From: Welwitschia mirabilis | Taxonomy: Eukaryota | DNA length: 64,000 nucleotides | NCBI GenBank assembly: GCA_051453625.1 | Contig: JBOZIK010000001.1 | Location: forward strand, 36,798,763-36,862,762 | Direction of reading: 5' to 3' | In this document: piece by piece, positions 40,152 through 51,317 of the stretch | How positions within the stretch are numbered: the first letter of the stretch is position 1 | How the letters are laid out: each line of letters opens with the position of its first letter | Translations under genes and position numbers: made by a program | The notes under the pieces: model-generated | Told to the model about the DNA's origin: nothing | The model's database searches: none | The model's input: only the letters and a program-made list of their open reading frames with translations

Positions 40152-40580
40152 TGTTAACATTTAAAAATTAATATTTTAATAAAGTTGTCTAATAAATTTT
40201 ACTTAATAGAAGATATTAATTTAACTAATTTATCATGAATCATGTCTTTTACTAATTTTAATATTATCTGTGAGCTTATCATCTTCTCATGACATTTTTA
40301 AGACATTTATTGTATTCTAAAGAAAATGATAAAATATGAAGATTATATAACTTGAAATGCTAGCACCACTATCTAGGTCACTGGAATCACTTATCCTTCT
40401 ATGCAAAGCATGGCAATTCTTATGTTCTAAACTTGTCATGGAAAATTCATTCAAATATAATTATGGACTTAATTATATTTTACTTTAGAAATAACTGGCA
40501 TCATCAATAATACATGGCAGTGATGATGATGATATGTAGTAGTGTTAAGCAAGATGACATTGAAAAAACATGACAACATC
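40152..40580 (+). repeat. 3' LTR of element C, left part (resumes at 50227-~51150)
   Basis: Starts TGTTAACAT after the PPT and is homologous to the D LTR starting at 55234. Confidence 0.8.
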
Positions 40581-43500
40581 TAATATAAGAAAAATAGGCT
40601 TAAATAAATGCCTTAATTATAAGTCTTTTAAAGGCATTTGTCTTAATAAATGCATTAAACAAAAATAATGATAATATTTTTAAGGTGTTTTTTAAAATAA
40701 ATACTTTAAAAGCTCCTTTTAAGGCACTTATTAAAAAATGCCTTAAAAATGCTAATCTTTTAATGTGTTTATAAAAAAAGGCCTTAAAAATGTTGAACTT
40801 TTAAGGTATTTAATGAAACAAACACCGTAATAGTTAGGTTTGCCATTCTTGCATTCTTGCACTAAATAAAATGATCAAAACACATAAGCATTTTTAGAAC
40901 TTAGTCAGAGAAGTGGCATTGTAGAGGTTCTTAACCAAATCTTAAGTTTTAGACATTCTCTACAACAAATCCCCATTGAACTTATGGACTATATTCATGA
41001 TAGGGTTTCTAGGACCTAAACTAGAGTCTTCAACTTCACACTACTTTCCTATGTAGCAATCGACCTCAGATAAGCCATGATGTTTAATGGTATATTTCAT
41101 AGAAGATTTGCATGAAAAAATTTAAAAACCATTTCATATTCTTCATCAATTTAGAAACCATTTTGTATTCTTCTCGTGGAGGTAGAGCTATTTCATATCA
41201 CTTCAACTTTTCCACTAAAGACTTTATAAAGGTCATTAAAGCATGCTACTTCTACACTACTTGTAGAGGAGTCATATGATATAGCAAAGCTAGTTACAAA
41301 TCTAGTTTTTAAGGATTTTTATCTCATTTCCTCTATCCACTATGGGCTAATTTCCTTTGTGTGTGTCAAACAATTATAGTTTCTGAAAGGACTCAAGATC
41401 TCTTTCAAATCCATTATCTATATGAAATCAGGTGAGAGTTTAGAATCTTTAAAGAAGTGCATTCAAATAGGAATTTGACAAAAAGTGTTGCAACCCCTTC
41501 GATAAGAATACTATCAAAATTACCATAAGAGAAGAGCACACTCTAGAAGAATAGTGTTAGTTTTCTAAGGGTTTCATATTTTTCCCATAATATAAAGATG
41601 TTACATACTTAGACCTTGAACTGTTTATAGCCCATAAAAGCTCTCTGATATTCTTAAGCCTAGCCATGTTGTATTACACATTGTACATCAGATTTCAGAC
41701 AAAAAGTGAATCGCTACTTATAGCTTCTTCCATTTCTTTAATTATGCTTGATACAACTCCTGCAGAATGATGTCTCCAAGATTTTTCTCCACTCTTTGCA
41801 TTTTATTATTGATAAATACTTGAGTGCTTTAATAAAACTCAATGCCATTATGAGTCAAACACCCTTCATAACATTGTTATTTTTACTTGCTCTCATAATT
41901 CATGTTTTTCCTAGAAAGGATGATGTTAATATATTTTTCATATGCCATAGGTTGGGTACAGAAGGTTAAATGATAAACTACAAGTAATTTGCACCTTTTT
42001 CTCATCTTTCTTCTTGATTTGTAAGGTGTTAATTTAGATAAAAGAAAATGAACATTATAGTGTCTTAGAGTCAGTGTATGCAGTCCCTGAATTCTGATGG
42101 CATTTCTTTTCTTTGGGTATATAAGCATATGCAGTCCCTTTAAACTAGTTAAATTTAAATTTGAACTCAATATTGTACCTCATATTAATACTAATTTATA
42201 AAGTGTGAGCCTGAACAAACATTATTCTCTTTTATTTCTAGGTGCATGTTGATTTTTAGCTAGGCTTCTTAGAAAACATCTAAAAATGAAAAGGATAGCT
42301 TTGTAACAATGAAAATGAGAGACACAGTGCATGAAAAAGAAGAGATCTAGTTGTTAACTCTATCTTTTTCTTGATAATTTTGCCAACCCGTGTGAAGAAT
42401 TCTATCTTCTTTTAGATTGACATATAGCTGAAACATCCCAATAGTGCATGAATTTCATTGATTTCTTCACTATGAATATAATTAAAATCCCTAAATAGTG
42501 ATCTTGCTCTTATGAGATTCAAGTGTTTCTATTTAACCATGCAACTTGGCCTTTTGCAAAGGAAAAAATGTAAAATTGAAAGGGTGAGAAATAAGCCCAA
42601 ATAAGAGCCCAAATGCACCATCTGTTTTAGGGACATCATCAGATATTATGTCTACCTATACAATTACCACTTTCTCAACCTTGACCCTTCAAATAAGACT
42701 ACAAATTCGCATGAGTTATAAATGTTCTGTAGTTTCTAATACCTTTTGCATATCTTGATGATGGTATAGAAGAAAAGCTTTGCCCTAGTCCAAATTATAG
42801 GTCTTACATTGATTACAGGTGGGGTGGAGGTGGCTTATTTTTTGAAAATCTAAATTATGATTCTAGAAGGTCTTTGAACCAAGATCGTAACATTCAGTGG
42901 TTTTAATTGATATTCTTGATATAATAAATATTAGTCACATGAGGAGCAAAGGGCTTCAACTAGAAGAAGAGTTGCTACTTGAAAATGAACAAAAGAAGAA
43001 TTTGAGCAATTTTTCATGCTTTCCCTTCTCTTTCACATTGTAGATTCTAAGCATTAACTTGATAAGAAGATTCATGAAGGGTTGGCATTTCGCAGTGTTT
43101 TTCTATAAGATGGTAATTTTGTGAAAGATTCATCAAGACTTGGCTCGATGCAAGAAATTATGATGATTTCTTTAAGAATTGGATGTTTTTCTTGTACCAT
43201 AGCATTAGTTTTAGCAAAGGTAAATTTGTGTTCCCATGGCTTATTTGGTGTGGCTTTTAAAGAAATGGATGTTGTTACAATTATAATTCTTAAGGAAATT
43301 CTGCAAGGAGAATTTAAGCAGTTTCTTATAGCTACTTTCATCTTCAGTTCCTAGACTCTCAAAAAAATTTTTTTTTTTTGTTCTGTTAAAAATTTGTTTT
43401 TGATTGGGTTTTTAAGAGATTTTTATCTATGACATTCTGTAGTGATGGAATTCTCACTTTGTCAATGTCTCTATATTGTTTTTTTTTTTTGGTGAATAAC

Positions 43501-44064
43501 ATGCTTTATAATGTCTGGTTAGGTATTCATGATGATTCCAGAGTCTATTGAAAGAAATTGTAGAAATGATTAGTGTGTTTTGCATGTTTCATTTTCGTTG
43601 GTATGATTTTGAGCATCTAAGAATTGTTTTTTTGGTAATATTTCACATATTTCCTTAGCTTTCTATTATCCATGAAAAGTTGCATCAGTATGGCTTTGTG
43701 TTTGTTATTCCTTGGTTTTTGTTTGAATCATAGAATTTGATGCTATTTTTGAGCTAAACATTGGAAGTGACAAGTAAGGAAGACCACCTAGAGCTACGAG
43801 AGCATTTTGAAGAAAAGACTTTTAAATAATAGTGACATTTTAAATTCATATCCAATGTAGTTGTTTTGGCAATCTAACCTTGATTCTAGTATCACAGTAA
43901 CTTGCTAAATCTCTTGGTATTTCCATATTTTCATTCAATTCCTTTCTACAACTTCCAACACTACTCGAATGAGGTGCAGATAAGAAGAAATTGAGATCCA
44001 TGGGGAAAGAAAGGAAAATGTTAAGATAAGAAGATTATTTAGATGGTGTATTGTAGTTTTGAAG

Positions 44065-44505
44065 ATGGGATATTTGTCTTGTAGGGTGGATTCTATAGTT
44101 CTAGCATGTGAATCATATAAGTAGGAAAAGATCGCAAGGCCACTACTATAGATTTTTTCTTATAATCCACTTAAGAAAACCATCAGAGGATTTTTAGGGA
44201 AATCCCTTTTTGGAAAAGGTAGTCATGAATCTATTTACAAGGGTCTTCTCGCAGATGAAACTCTCATTGTAGTGAAAAGACCTTCCACTCAAATGCCTTG
44301 CCCTTAGGACAATTTTGTAATGGAAAACAACATCAAGATCTTATATAAGATTAATAGCCCATGGTTTTTGAATCTGCTAGGATTCAGTCATGACACCAAA
44401 TAAAAAGCTTCTTGTTGTGGAATTTATGTTGAATGGAATATTTCATGATGTTCTGCACTCATGTCCAGTAACTTCTAAGGTGGTCATATAGAGTTTGTTT
44501 TGGAT
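44065..44505 (+). pseudogene. Truncated pseudogene of a receptor-like cytoplasmic Ser/Thr kinase (At1g28390/At3g51990-type, CRINKLY4-related group), kinase subdomains I-V only
   Basis: Translates MGYLSCRVDSIVLACESYK*...IFSYNPLKKTIRGFLGKSLFGKGSHESIYKGLLADETLIVVKRP...ENNIKILYKINSPWFLNLLGFSHDTK*/KLLVVEFMLNGIFHDVLHS. The MGYLSC start, GKGSH loop and LLVVEFM motif match this family from memory. Four in-frame stops, a frameshift at ~44404, and no HRD motif. Confidence 0.88.
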
Positions 44506-45163
44506 TATTAATAGATGCTGGGGATGGAGTTATTGGAGGTGATTCCCAAAGATGCAAAGACCAAATAATTTTATTTACATAAGAAAAGCACATTAGGAGC
44601 ATCGATGGATATTGGGTTGGATTCACAATTTCTTTGAGAACTAGATATTTATTTTTGTATGGCATCTATTTTTAGCAAATAATATGAGTTCATAACAGAT
44701 TTTTTTTATTTCTTCTTATGATTTATTANNNNNNNNNNNNNNNNNNNNNNNNNNNNNNNNNNNNNNNNNNNNNNNNNNNNNNNNNNNNNNNNNNNNNNNN
44801 NNNNNNNNNNNNNNNNNNNNNNNNNNNNATGATTAAGTTAAAGCCTTATTATGAAGCAACCCCAAATTAGATAAGAGATTTTTTTTGTCTCTATGTTGGA
44901 TTAAGTCATGAGTCCTTAAATTTAGATGCAAGGTTCTAAGCTTAGTCTAGTTTATCCTATTTTACTCCAAGTGGTTATAGGTCAAAAGATGGGTCATCAA
45001 CCCCAAATGTAAGAGATTGTTTTATGCCAAATTTGGCATATTAAATTGTATAAATTTGTTTGAAGAAAACAAATCAAGTGAGCAATTTTAATGGAATAAT
45101 ATTTTATACTTCCTGGGATTTTTTGGGCCTGATCTACTCTTAAGGGTTTTCAAACCCTACAAT

Positions 45164-45176
45164 TAGTATCAAAGCC
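45164..45176 (+). promoter_or_regulatory. Decayed tRNA-iMet primer-binding site
   Basis: TAGTATCAAAGCC has two G>A changes from TGGTATCAGAGCC and lies 2 nt after a CA LTR-like end. Confidence 0.7.
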
Positions 45177-45960
45177 AGCTATGGCGATGCCCAACCGCTA
45201 GCCATAGAAAGAACTTTAATTTTGTTTCTTGTTTGAATAGAAACCAGTTCTCATTTTTGGATGCCCTCGTCGTTTCTCTGTGAGGCTTCTGTTCTGTCCT
45301 CTTAAACACCTTTTCTGGTTCGTCTTTCTTTCATTTATAGTATTAGTTTTTTGGAGCGACGATGCCAGAAGATACAATGGAGGTGGAGAAAAAAAGCAGG
45401 GCATGTCATGCGAGAGAGGAAACCTTGACCTTATGAAACTCAGACACTGTTGAGAGGTATCGAAAGCCGAGGATCCTCATGTCTTTGTTAAAGATTTCAG
45501 AGTATCTGTAACACAACATGCAAATGCAAGAGTTCGTGTCTGCTGTCTTCTTCTGCGTCTGTATTTGTCTTTGCTTTTTCCAATAATATTTTCTTGATGG
45601 ATTTGCAGTCCGCATATCATTTTAGCTACTGTAGTTTACTAGCAACGTGTGTAGGTCTTTGCCGTCTGTGGATATTGAGCCAGAGGAAGTGAGAAGCTTC
45701 AATACCTCAACCTCTGATCAATACAATACCGTTCATGAATTTTCTTTCTGGTCTTTGCCGGTCCTTTGCATTTGCAGGTCATTTTTCATTTTTCCTTTGG
45801 CAAAATGGATTCTACGTCGCAGGCTTTTCAAATGTATTTTAAGAAGCTCTTTTTTGACTCTTCAATGGTGATGGAGGAGACCAGTTTTCCTCAGACGCTG
45901 CTATGAATCAGAAGAGAAGCAAGACTCTTTCTCTTTCTGGACAAGAAAAATGGAAATCCT

Positions 45961-46425
45961 TTGCGAAAAGAGAAAGATGAAATGCGTGACAAGGAATCTG
46001 ATCATTCGATTGAAAGTAGCGACGCGGAGATGTCTTCCTGCCGAGTTGTTGAGGAGGGAGTTGGAAGCGGTGACGGTGCTAAATTGAATTCAGAATCAGC
46101 CTCCGAGGGTTTGGGAATAGCCTCGACAGAAAATTCCGGCAGTGGTGAAGAAAAGATGCAGAAGATTTTGCAGACAGCCATCTCACTCTGAGGCAAGGCT
46201 TCAGAGGCCCGCAAAAAGGCTGACAAGACGTCTGCCATAGTCCAGGATCTAATTAGTGAAAAAATAGAAGCAAAGAATGTAGTTGAGAAGGCAAAAAGTG
46301 CAGCATTGAGTGCAGAGGCTAAAACAAAACTGGCATTTAAAGCTCTGAATATGGCAAAGGGCATAGTTGTAAAGAAGGTATTGAGATCATTAATGAAATT
46401 TCTGAAGAGTGTTGTAATATCCTAG
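45961..46425 (+). pseudogene. Unidentified ORF (acidic/Ser-rich half, then Ala/Lys coiled coil) with one internal TGA
   Basis: The frame stays open through 46425 apart from TGA 46189-46191: ...EEKMQKILQTAISL*GKASEARKKADKTSAIVQDLISEKIEAKNVVEKAKSAALSAEAKTKLAFKALNMAKG. No family recognised. Confidence 0.45.
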
Positions 46426-49400
46426 GGATAAACTGCCTCCATCCTGTTTAATCTTCCCTATCATTTCGATTAGTGTGTTACCTTATAACTTAATCAAAGA
46501 TGAGATTTTTATTAAGCTTTAAGTAATATATGGAGGCAAAGACACACGAACATCAATGGTAAGGCTTCATTAGTTTTCTGGCATTGCAGCTCTTATTCTA
46601 GTGCAAAACTTGTAGGAGTTCACCTGGGATTTTCTGCATTTGAGTTATAAACCTTTGTTATTATAATTCATTAATTCTAGAGCAGTGGATTGGTGAGTAT
46701 AAAGTTTATACACACCTTTTGAAAAGTTTACTATATGTTACTGATTTGTTCGCATAGTTTGAAGTTTGATTGTTTTGTGTTGGCTTTATAAAGCTGTCTC
46801 AGTTTGAAAGATAACACTAGTTTAGTAAATACCAGTTAGACATTTTATAAATGAAATACTGGTTTACGTTAATTCACATGCTATTTCAATTGTCTATTTT
46901 ATTTTGTTGGTTTTACCATCAACGCCAGGTTTCTATTACTAGTTTGATGTTGTTGATGTTGTTTTGATTTAATTAAACTACTTTCCGCAATGCATTATTC
47001 AGTACCAGTTGGACATTTCTTATTATAAAATACTGGGTTGATGAATACTAGTTTTCTTTTTGTTGATCAAAAACCAATTTGCTTGTTAAGCATTTCCATT
47101 TTTAAAATATTACATTATTACTACTAGATTTGTATTTCATCTTATAAATTCCAGTTTCTGGTGTATCTACTAGAGTAGTTCTAATAATTCCAGTTTACTA
47201 GTTTTGTGAGAGGTGTTGTCTTACTAGAATTTGGAAAGAATTTTTGATGTTTACAGGATGATGACTTTAAAACTAGTTTTCTTTGCTTGATTACTAGTCT
47301 CGATTCACTTGAAGAAATTGAAATAGTACTACTGTAAGATCATTGAGAAGTGGTACTAGCTTTCACCTTATGGCATGTAATTCTGGTTCAAAAACTTGAG
47401 GTCTTAATTTCTTGCACATTTAGTGAAATTTTATGTGCAATTGAACATTTTGACAACAGAAATTCCAAAATCATATTAATACCAAATTCAGATATTTAGT
47501 TTAGTGAAATCCTTGAATTCAAAATTAATTCCACTATTAATTTGATGGTTCCAAGTTAGTGGGTTAGAAAATGAGGTACTGATACTGATGTTTGATGAAC
47601 TTTTGCAAAATGCCAACTTTGATCAATAAGTTAATGTAAGAATTTGAATTGTAATGTTTATGCATGCTAGTTTATTGTTTTATTCATGCATGCTAGTTTA
47701 TTATTTTTTTAACTACTTTTGAGTTTGAAATACTAGTTTGGCATACCAATTTTGTTGTTGAATATGCAAAATGTTAGTGCCATTATGTCATTATTAGAAA
47801 TTTCTAATTTTTTTAATATAATCCTCTCATAAATTTTAAAGGATTTTAGATGTTTAAATATTATCTTCAAGTAACTTAAATACTTGTTTGTGATAAAGAA
47901 TACTGATTTGATATCAAATTAATTCATTGGCATTTAAAAATTACTTTAATATCATTATTTTATTTGTTGATTATTTCTAAATGTTTGTTTGCAGACATTA
48001 ATATTCCCCTATCATATGGTAAAAAGCCTAGCATATCTAATCATATGCTTCTTGATGGAAATGGGAGTAAGTCTTACTACTTCAGAATGTTATCAACAGA
48101 AATGTAGTTGTGTTCTAATCTTTATTATTTTCTACTTACGATGAAACACTAGTGTCTCTACCAAATAATATTATATTTATTATTGCTATTTTTACCATTT
48201 TTTATTCCCCTATTTTTTAGATATCTTCTATAAGAAAAAAGCTTCAAATACTCTAGATAATTTTTGCTTATTCCCTTTATCATCAATTCAAGGTATGAGA
48301 TTTTCTTTCCTTTTTTCCTCTTTATTAGCTAAATGTAGAATATAAGAGAGAAATATTACTTAAAATGAAAGTAGCAGAGGTCATGATCCATTCCAAACAA
48401 AGTAAAATAGCCCTTCTATAAGTAAGGTCTCAAACACTTCATCTTTATGCATGCCAGCGCATTTCTTTGATGCCACCAAAATGTTAAAAAAAAAAAAAAA
48501 AGTTCATGGCTAAACATAAAACTACCTTAGTCTTTGAGATCTGGCTTTCCACGTAGGTCTTTTTCTTGCTCTTACACCTTACAAGACTATGTTTATCATT
48601 TTGATAAGTGGTGAGGTCATTTTTCCTACTATCAAGAATGAATTTCAATTTGACTAACCTTTCTTAAATGCACTCTCTGATTACATAGACTAGCCTTTCA
48701 AACTACCTGTGACATCTTTCATCACTAACTCACACCATTGATTTATAATGCTAACCATCACTTTTGCCATATGATGCCCATCACAATGGCCAGTGCAGCC
48801 CAGTGCAACATTTATGTAGCTCTTTCCACCTTTTGCTGCTATGTTATATATTTGAAACCATGGCAGCAGATACATACATGTGTAGATTTAATGGTAATAG
48901 TATGAGAAACATAGGTTCTTATGCCCTTTTTAGCCACTCCTTATACACCTTACATCTCTATTACCATCTGCACTCTAATTTCTATCAAAAAATCCCTTCA
49001 CCTTCCCTACAAACTCATCCTCCTTGTTTGACCCTTTTTTTTCAAATTATGATGACCTCACCATGTCTATTTAGTGGGTTCATTATGTCTTTCTCTCATA
49101 GTAGGTCCTTCTCTTGTAGCACATTCTTCCCAGCTACTTAACAGCTAGTTAGCATTTCCATTACACACAGGTAACAAGGATGATTATTGGCCATGGTGTA
49201 AATGATGCTATTGTTCTCTACTACACTTCCACTAGCATCCTAGTTGCTAATAACAATGCAGTGCCCTCTACATTATTCCTCTCTCAACCCACTATATGTC
49301 AACCCTCATAGCCCACTGTGCAGTGTCTACTAACTTTACTTTCTCGATGGGTCTTCAATCCTATCATCATGATTAGCAAGAAGGTAATAAATGAAAGGGG

Positions 49401-50226
49401 AAAAAAAGGGAAATATTCAGCATGTAAATAGAGGTAAAAGTGAAGAAAAAAGTGAACATTCATAACAAAAGAAGGCAACGAATTTTAAACTTGGGTGGCA
49501 TAAAGACAAGGGAAGAGGCATCAAAGACACCTTAGTTGAATGGCACTTTCACTTAGAGACAAGACCAGTACAGCTGCAGTAGAGTAAGACAAGAGGCAAT
49601 AGAGCAAAAAATGAAAACAAAAATAGAAAAGACCAAGGCAAATACAAAAAGCAATATTAGGTGACTGAAACTGATGGAGATGGCATTACTGCTATTATCA
49701 ACACCCACAAGCTCAATCTGGTAATCAAGAACTAATCTTCATAATTTTGTCCTATTTTTCAACTTAAGGGAGGACATGCCCCCCACCCGAAGGGCTGTCT
49801 ATAAAAAAGTCTGTGTTTCCTTCCTTTTTATCTGTTTTGATACCAATTTGCAAAACCTAAAAAACTATTTTTACTTTGTGCTTTTTGAATGCCAAGGTTG
49901 TGTAGTCTAGTAGTGAGTGTGTACAAAGAAAGAATGTGCCTCTTCCTAAGTTTAATATAATAAACTTTTGTTGTAATTTTTTCCCTTAAATTGTACCTTT
50001 TAAAGCATTTATCTCATAAAATACCTCCAAAAGCTTTTGAGGCATTCATTTGGTAAAACGCCTCAAAAGATCTTTTAAGGCGTTTTTATTTAAATGCCTT
50101 AGAAATACCTTAAAAGCATGTAGACTTTTAAGATCATGCTATTTAAGGCATTTTGTGAAGAAATTACTTAAAAGTATTTAAGGCATTTTACAAACAACTT
50201 AGAAGCCTATAAATCTTTTATTGATC

Positions 50227-51150
50227 ATTAGTTAACAAAAGCAGCAACATCTAGAAACTAAGTGTTAGACTCATCATGATGATTTATACCTAATGCGAGA
50301 TGAAAAAGACCCTTTCTAATACTACATGACATATTTTGTAATCACTCATCTAATACTATAATTCAAACATTTATAATCATTTTCCATTTCATGCTTGTTT
50401 ATAAAAAGGCCTTGAGCCCTCATTTGTAACATCCTTTCCTTTGGTGAAGTAATAGAATCCTTGAAGCATTAAGTCAATATAACCTTTTGAATACTTTCTT
50501 TGTAAGTTAGCTTACTTCAAGGATAGCTAGAGAAGCCCTTATCAGCTTCCTTCTTCTACTGAAGACATTTGTGTTTTTTATTCATATAAGTAGTTGATTT
50601 ATTTTGATTTCAAGTTGCAAATAACTCTTTACTTGTAATGCTTAAGTAAGAACTAAGTTATCAAGCTATATTATTATCTAAGTGAATTCCTTAGTTAATT
50701 GATTTAAGTCTTTTTTATTTGATGGATTCTAAGTACTTTAAGTCCTTACTTTCCATTCTTATTTAAGGTCTATTAAGGATCAAGTAATTTTTAAGGTCTA
50801 TTTAAGGTTTATTTGATGAGATTATATCACTATAACCTAATCCATTACCACTTGATAACTTAAGTATGTTTTATAAATTTGCAAGATATCTTTGGATAGA
50901 AGAAGTGTTGGATGATGAAGTGAGTTGAACCTTAGAGCTAGTTTACTTTTCTACCTCTTTAGATAAAGTTTAAACAAAATTTTTTACTTGTCTCTTTTCT
51001 TCTTTCTTTAATTATAATTGTAATACTATTAGAAACTTGTATAATTTCTATGAAGTTCACTGTAATTATTTGTGTGAAAGAATAATACTAGGTTCTCATA
51101 TAGTTTATTTTGGTTTATTCTAGTACATGGAAATATTTTTCTACTTTAAT
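50227..51150 (+). repeat. 3' LTR of element C, right part (end approximate)
   Basis: Similar to D LTR 55780-56480 and, over 50853-51140, to 29260-29550. Confidence 0.75.
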
Positions 51151-51317
51151 GATGTATCTTTTTTTTAAGCATTTATGGATAAAATAGTTTTTAATTAGAC
51201 TAATGAACTAATGACCTCTCTTATGTGTATTATAAAATTATATAATAAGTATAATTAAAAAAATAATATCTCTTCTATAAAAGAACATTTGAATCTTTGA
51301 TCATTATTGTTGGGTTT

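Larger units (their letters stand above)
45008..48170 (+). mobile_element. Probable LTR-retrotransposon remnant (tRNA-Met primed, possibly Ty1/copia) inside the CACTA; boundaries uncertain
   Basis: ...AAACCCTACA (45161), then AT, then TAGTATCAAAGCC (decayed TGGTATCAGAGCC). Candidate LTR start TGTAAG at 45008; ACTAGT/ACCAGT-rich tract at 46800-47760; YGKKPSIS...GSKSYY at ~48015-48080 resembles copia post-integrase sequence. No second LTR found. Confidence 0.5.
40581..50223. mobile_element. Non-autonomous CACTA (En/Spm) DNA transposon with captured gene fragments (Pack-CACTA-like), 9643 bp
   Basis: Left end TAATATAAGAAAAATAGGCT is a decayed CACTACAAGAAAA; right end AGCCTATAAATCTTTTATTG is a decayed ...TCTTGTAGTG. 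ATC on both sides is a 3-bp TSD. Dense direct and inverted subterminal repeats TTAAGGCRTTT/AAAYGCCTTAA at 40600-40830 and 49990-50200. The host LTR resumes after the element. No TnpA/TnpD recognised. Confidence 0.88.
29260..51150 (+). mobile_element. Element C: internally deleted Athila-type element carrying two large nested insertions (ends approximate)
   Basis: 29260-29550 matches 50853-51140 (the 3' portions of its LTRs). RT fragment 29550-29708; RT-RH-INT 35721-37790; PPT AAGTTAGGAGATG at 40139-40151; 3' LTR from TGTTAACAT 40152, split by the CACTA element. Confidence 0.78.

Noticed and set aside
44065..44505. Functional kinase gene
   Set aside because: It has four in-frame stops, a frameshift and no catalytic C-lobe.
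46002..46364. 120-aa minus-strand ORF
   Set aside because: It is the antisense shadow of the plus-strand Ala/Lys/Glu-rich frame and has no independent support.
47995..48292. LRR-receptor-kinase 72-nt exons
   Set aside because: The exon length fits, but the translations do not keep the LxxLxLxxN register.
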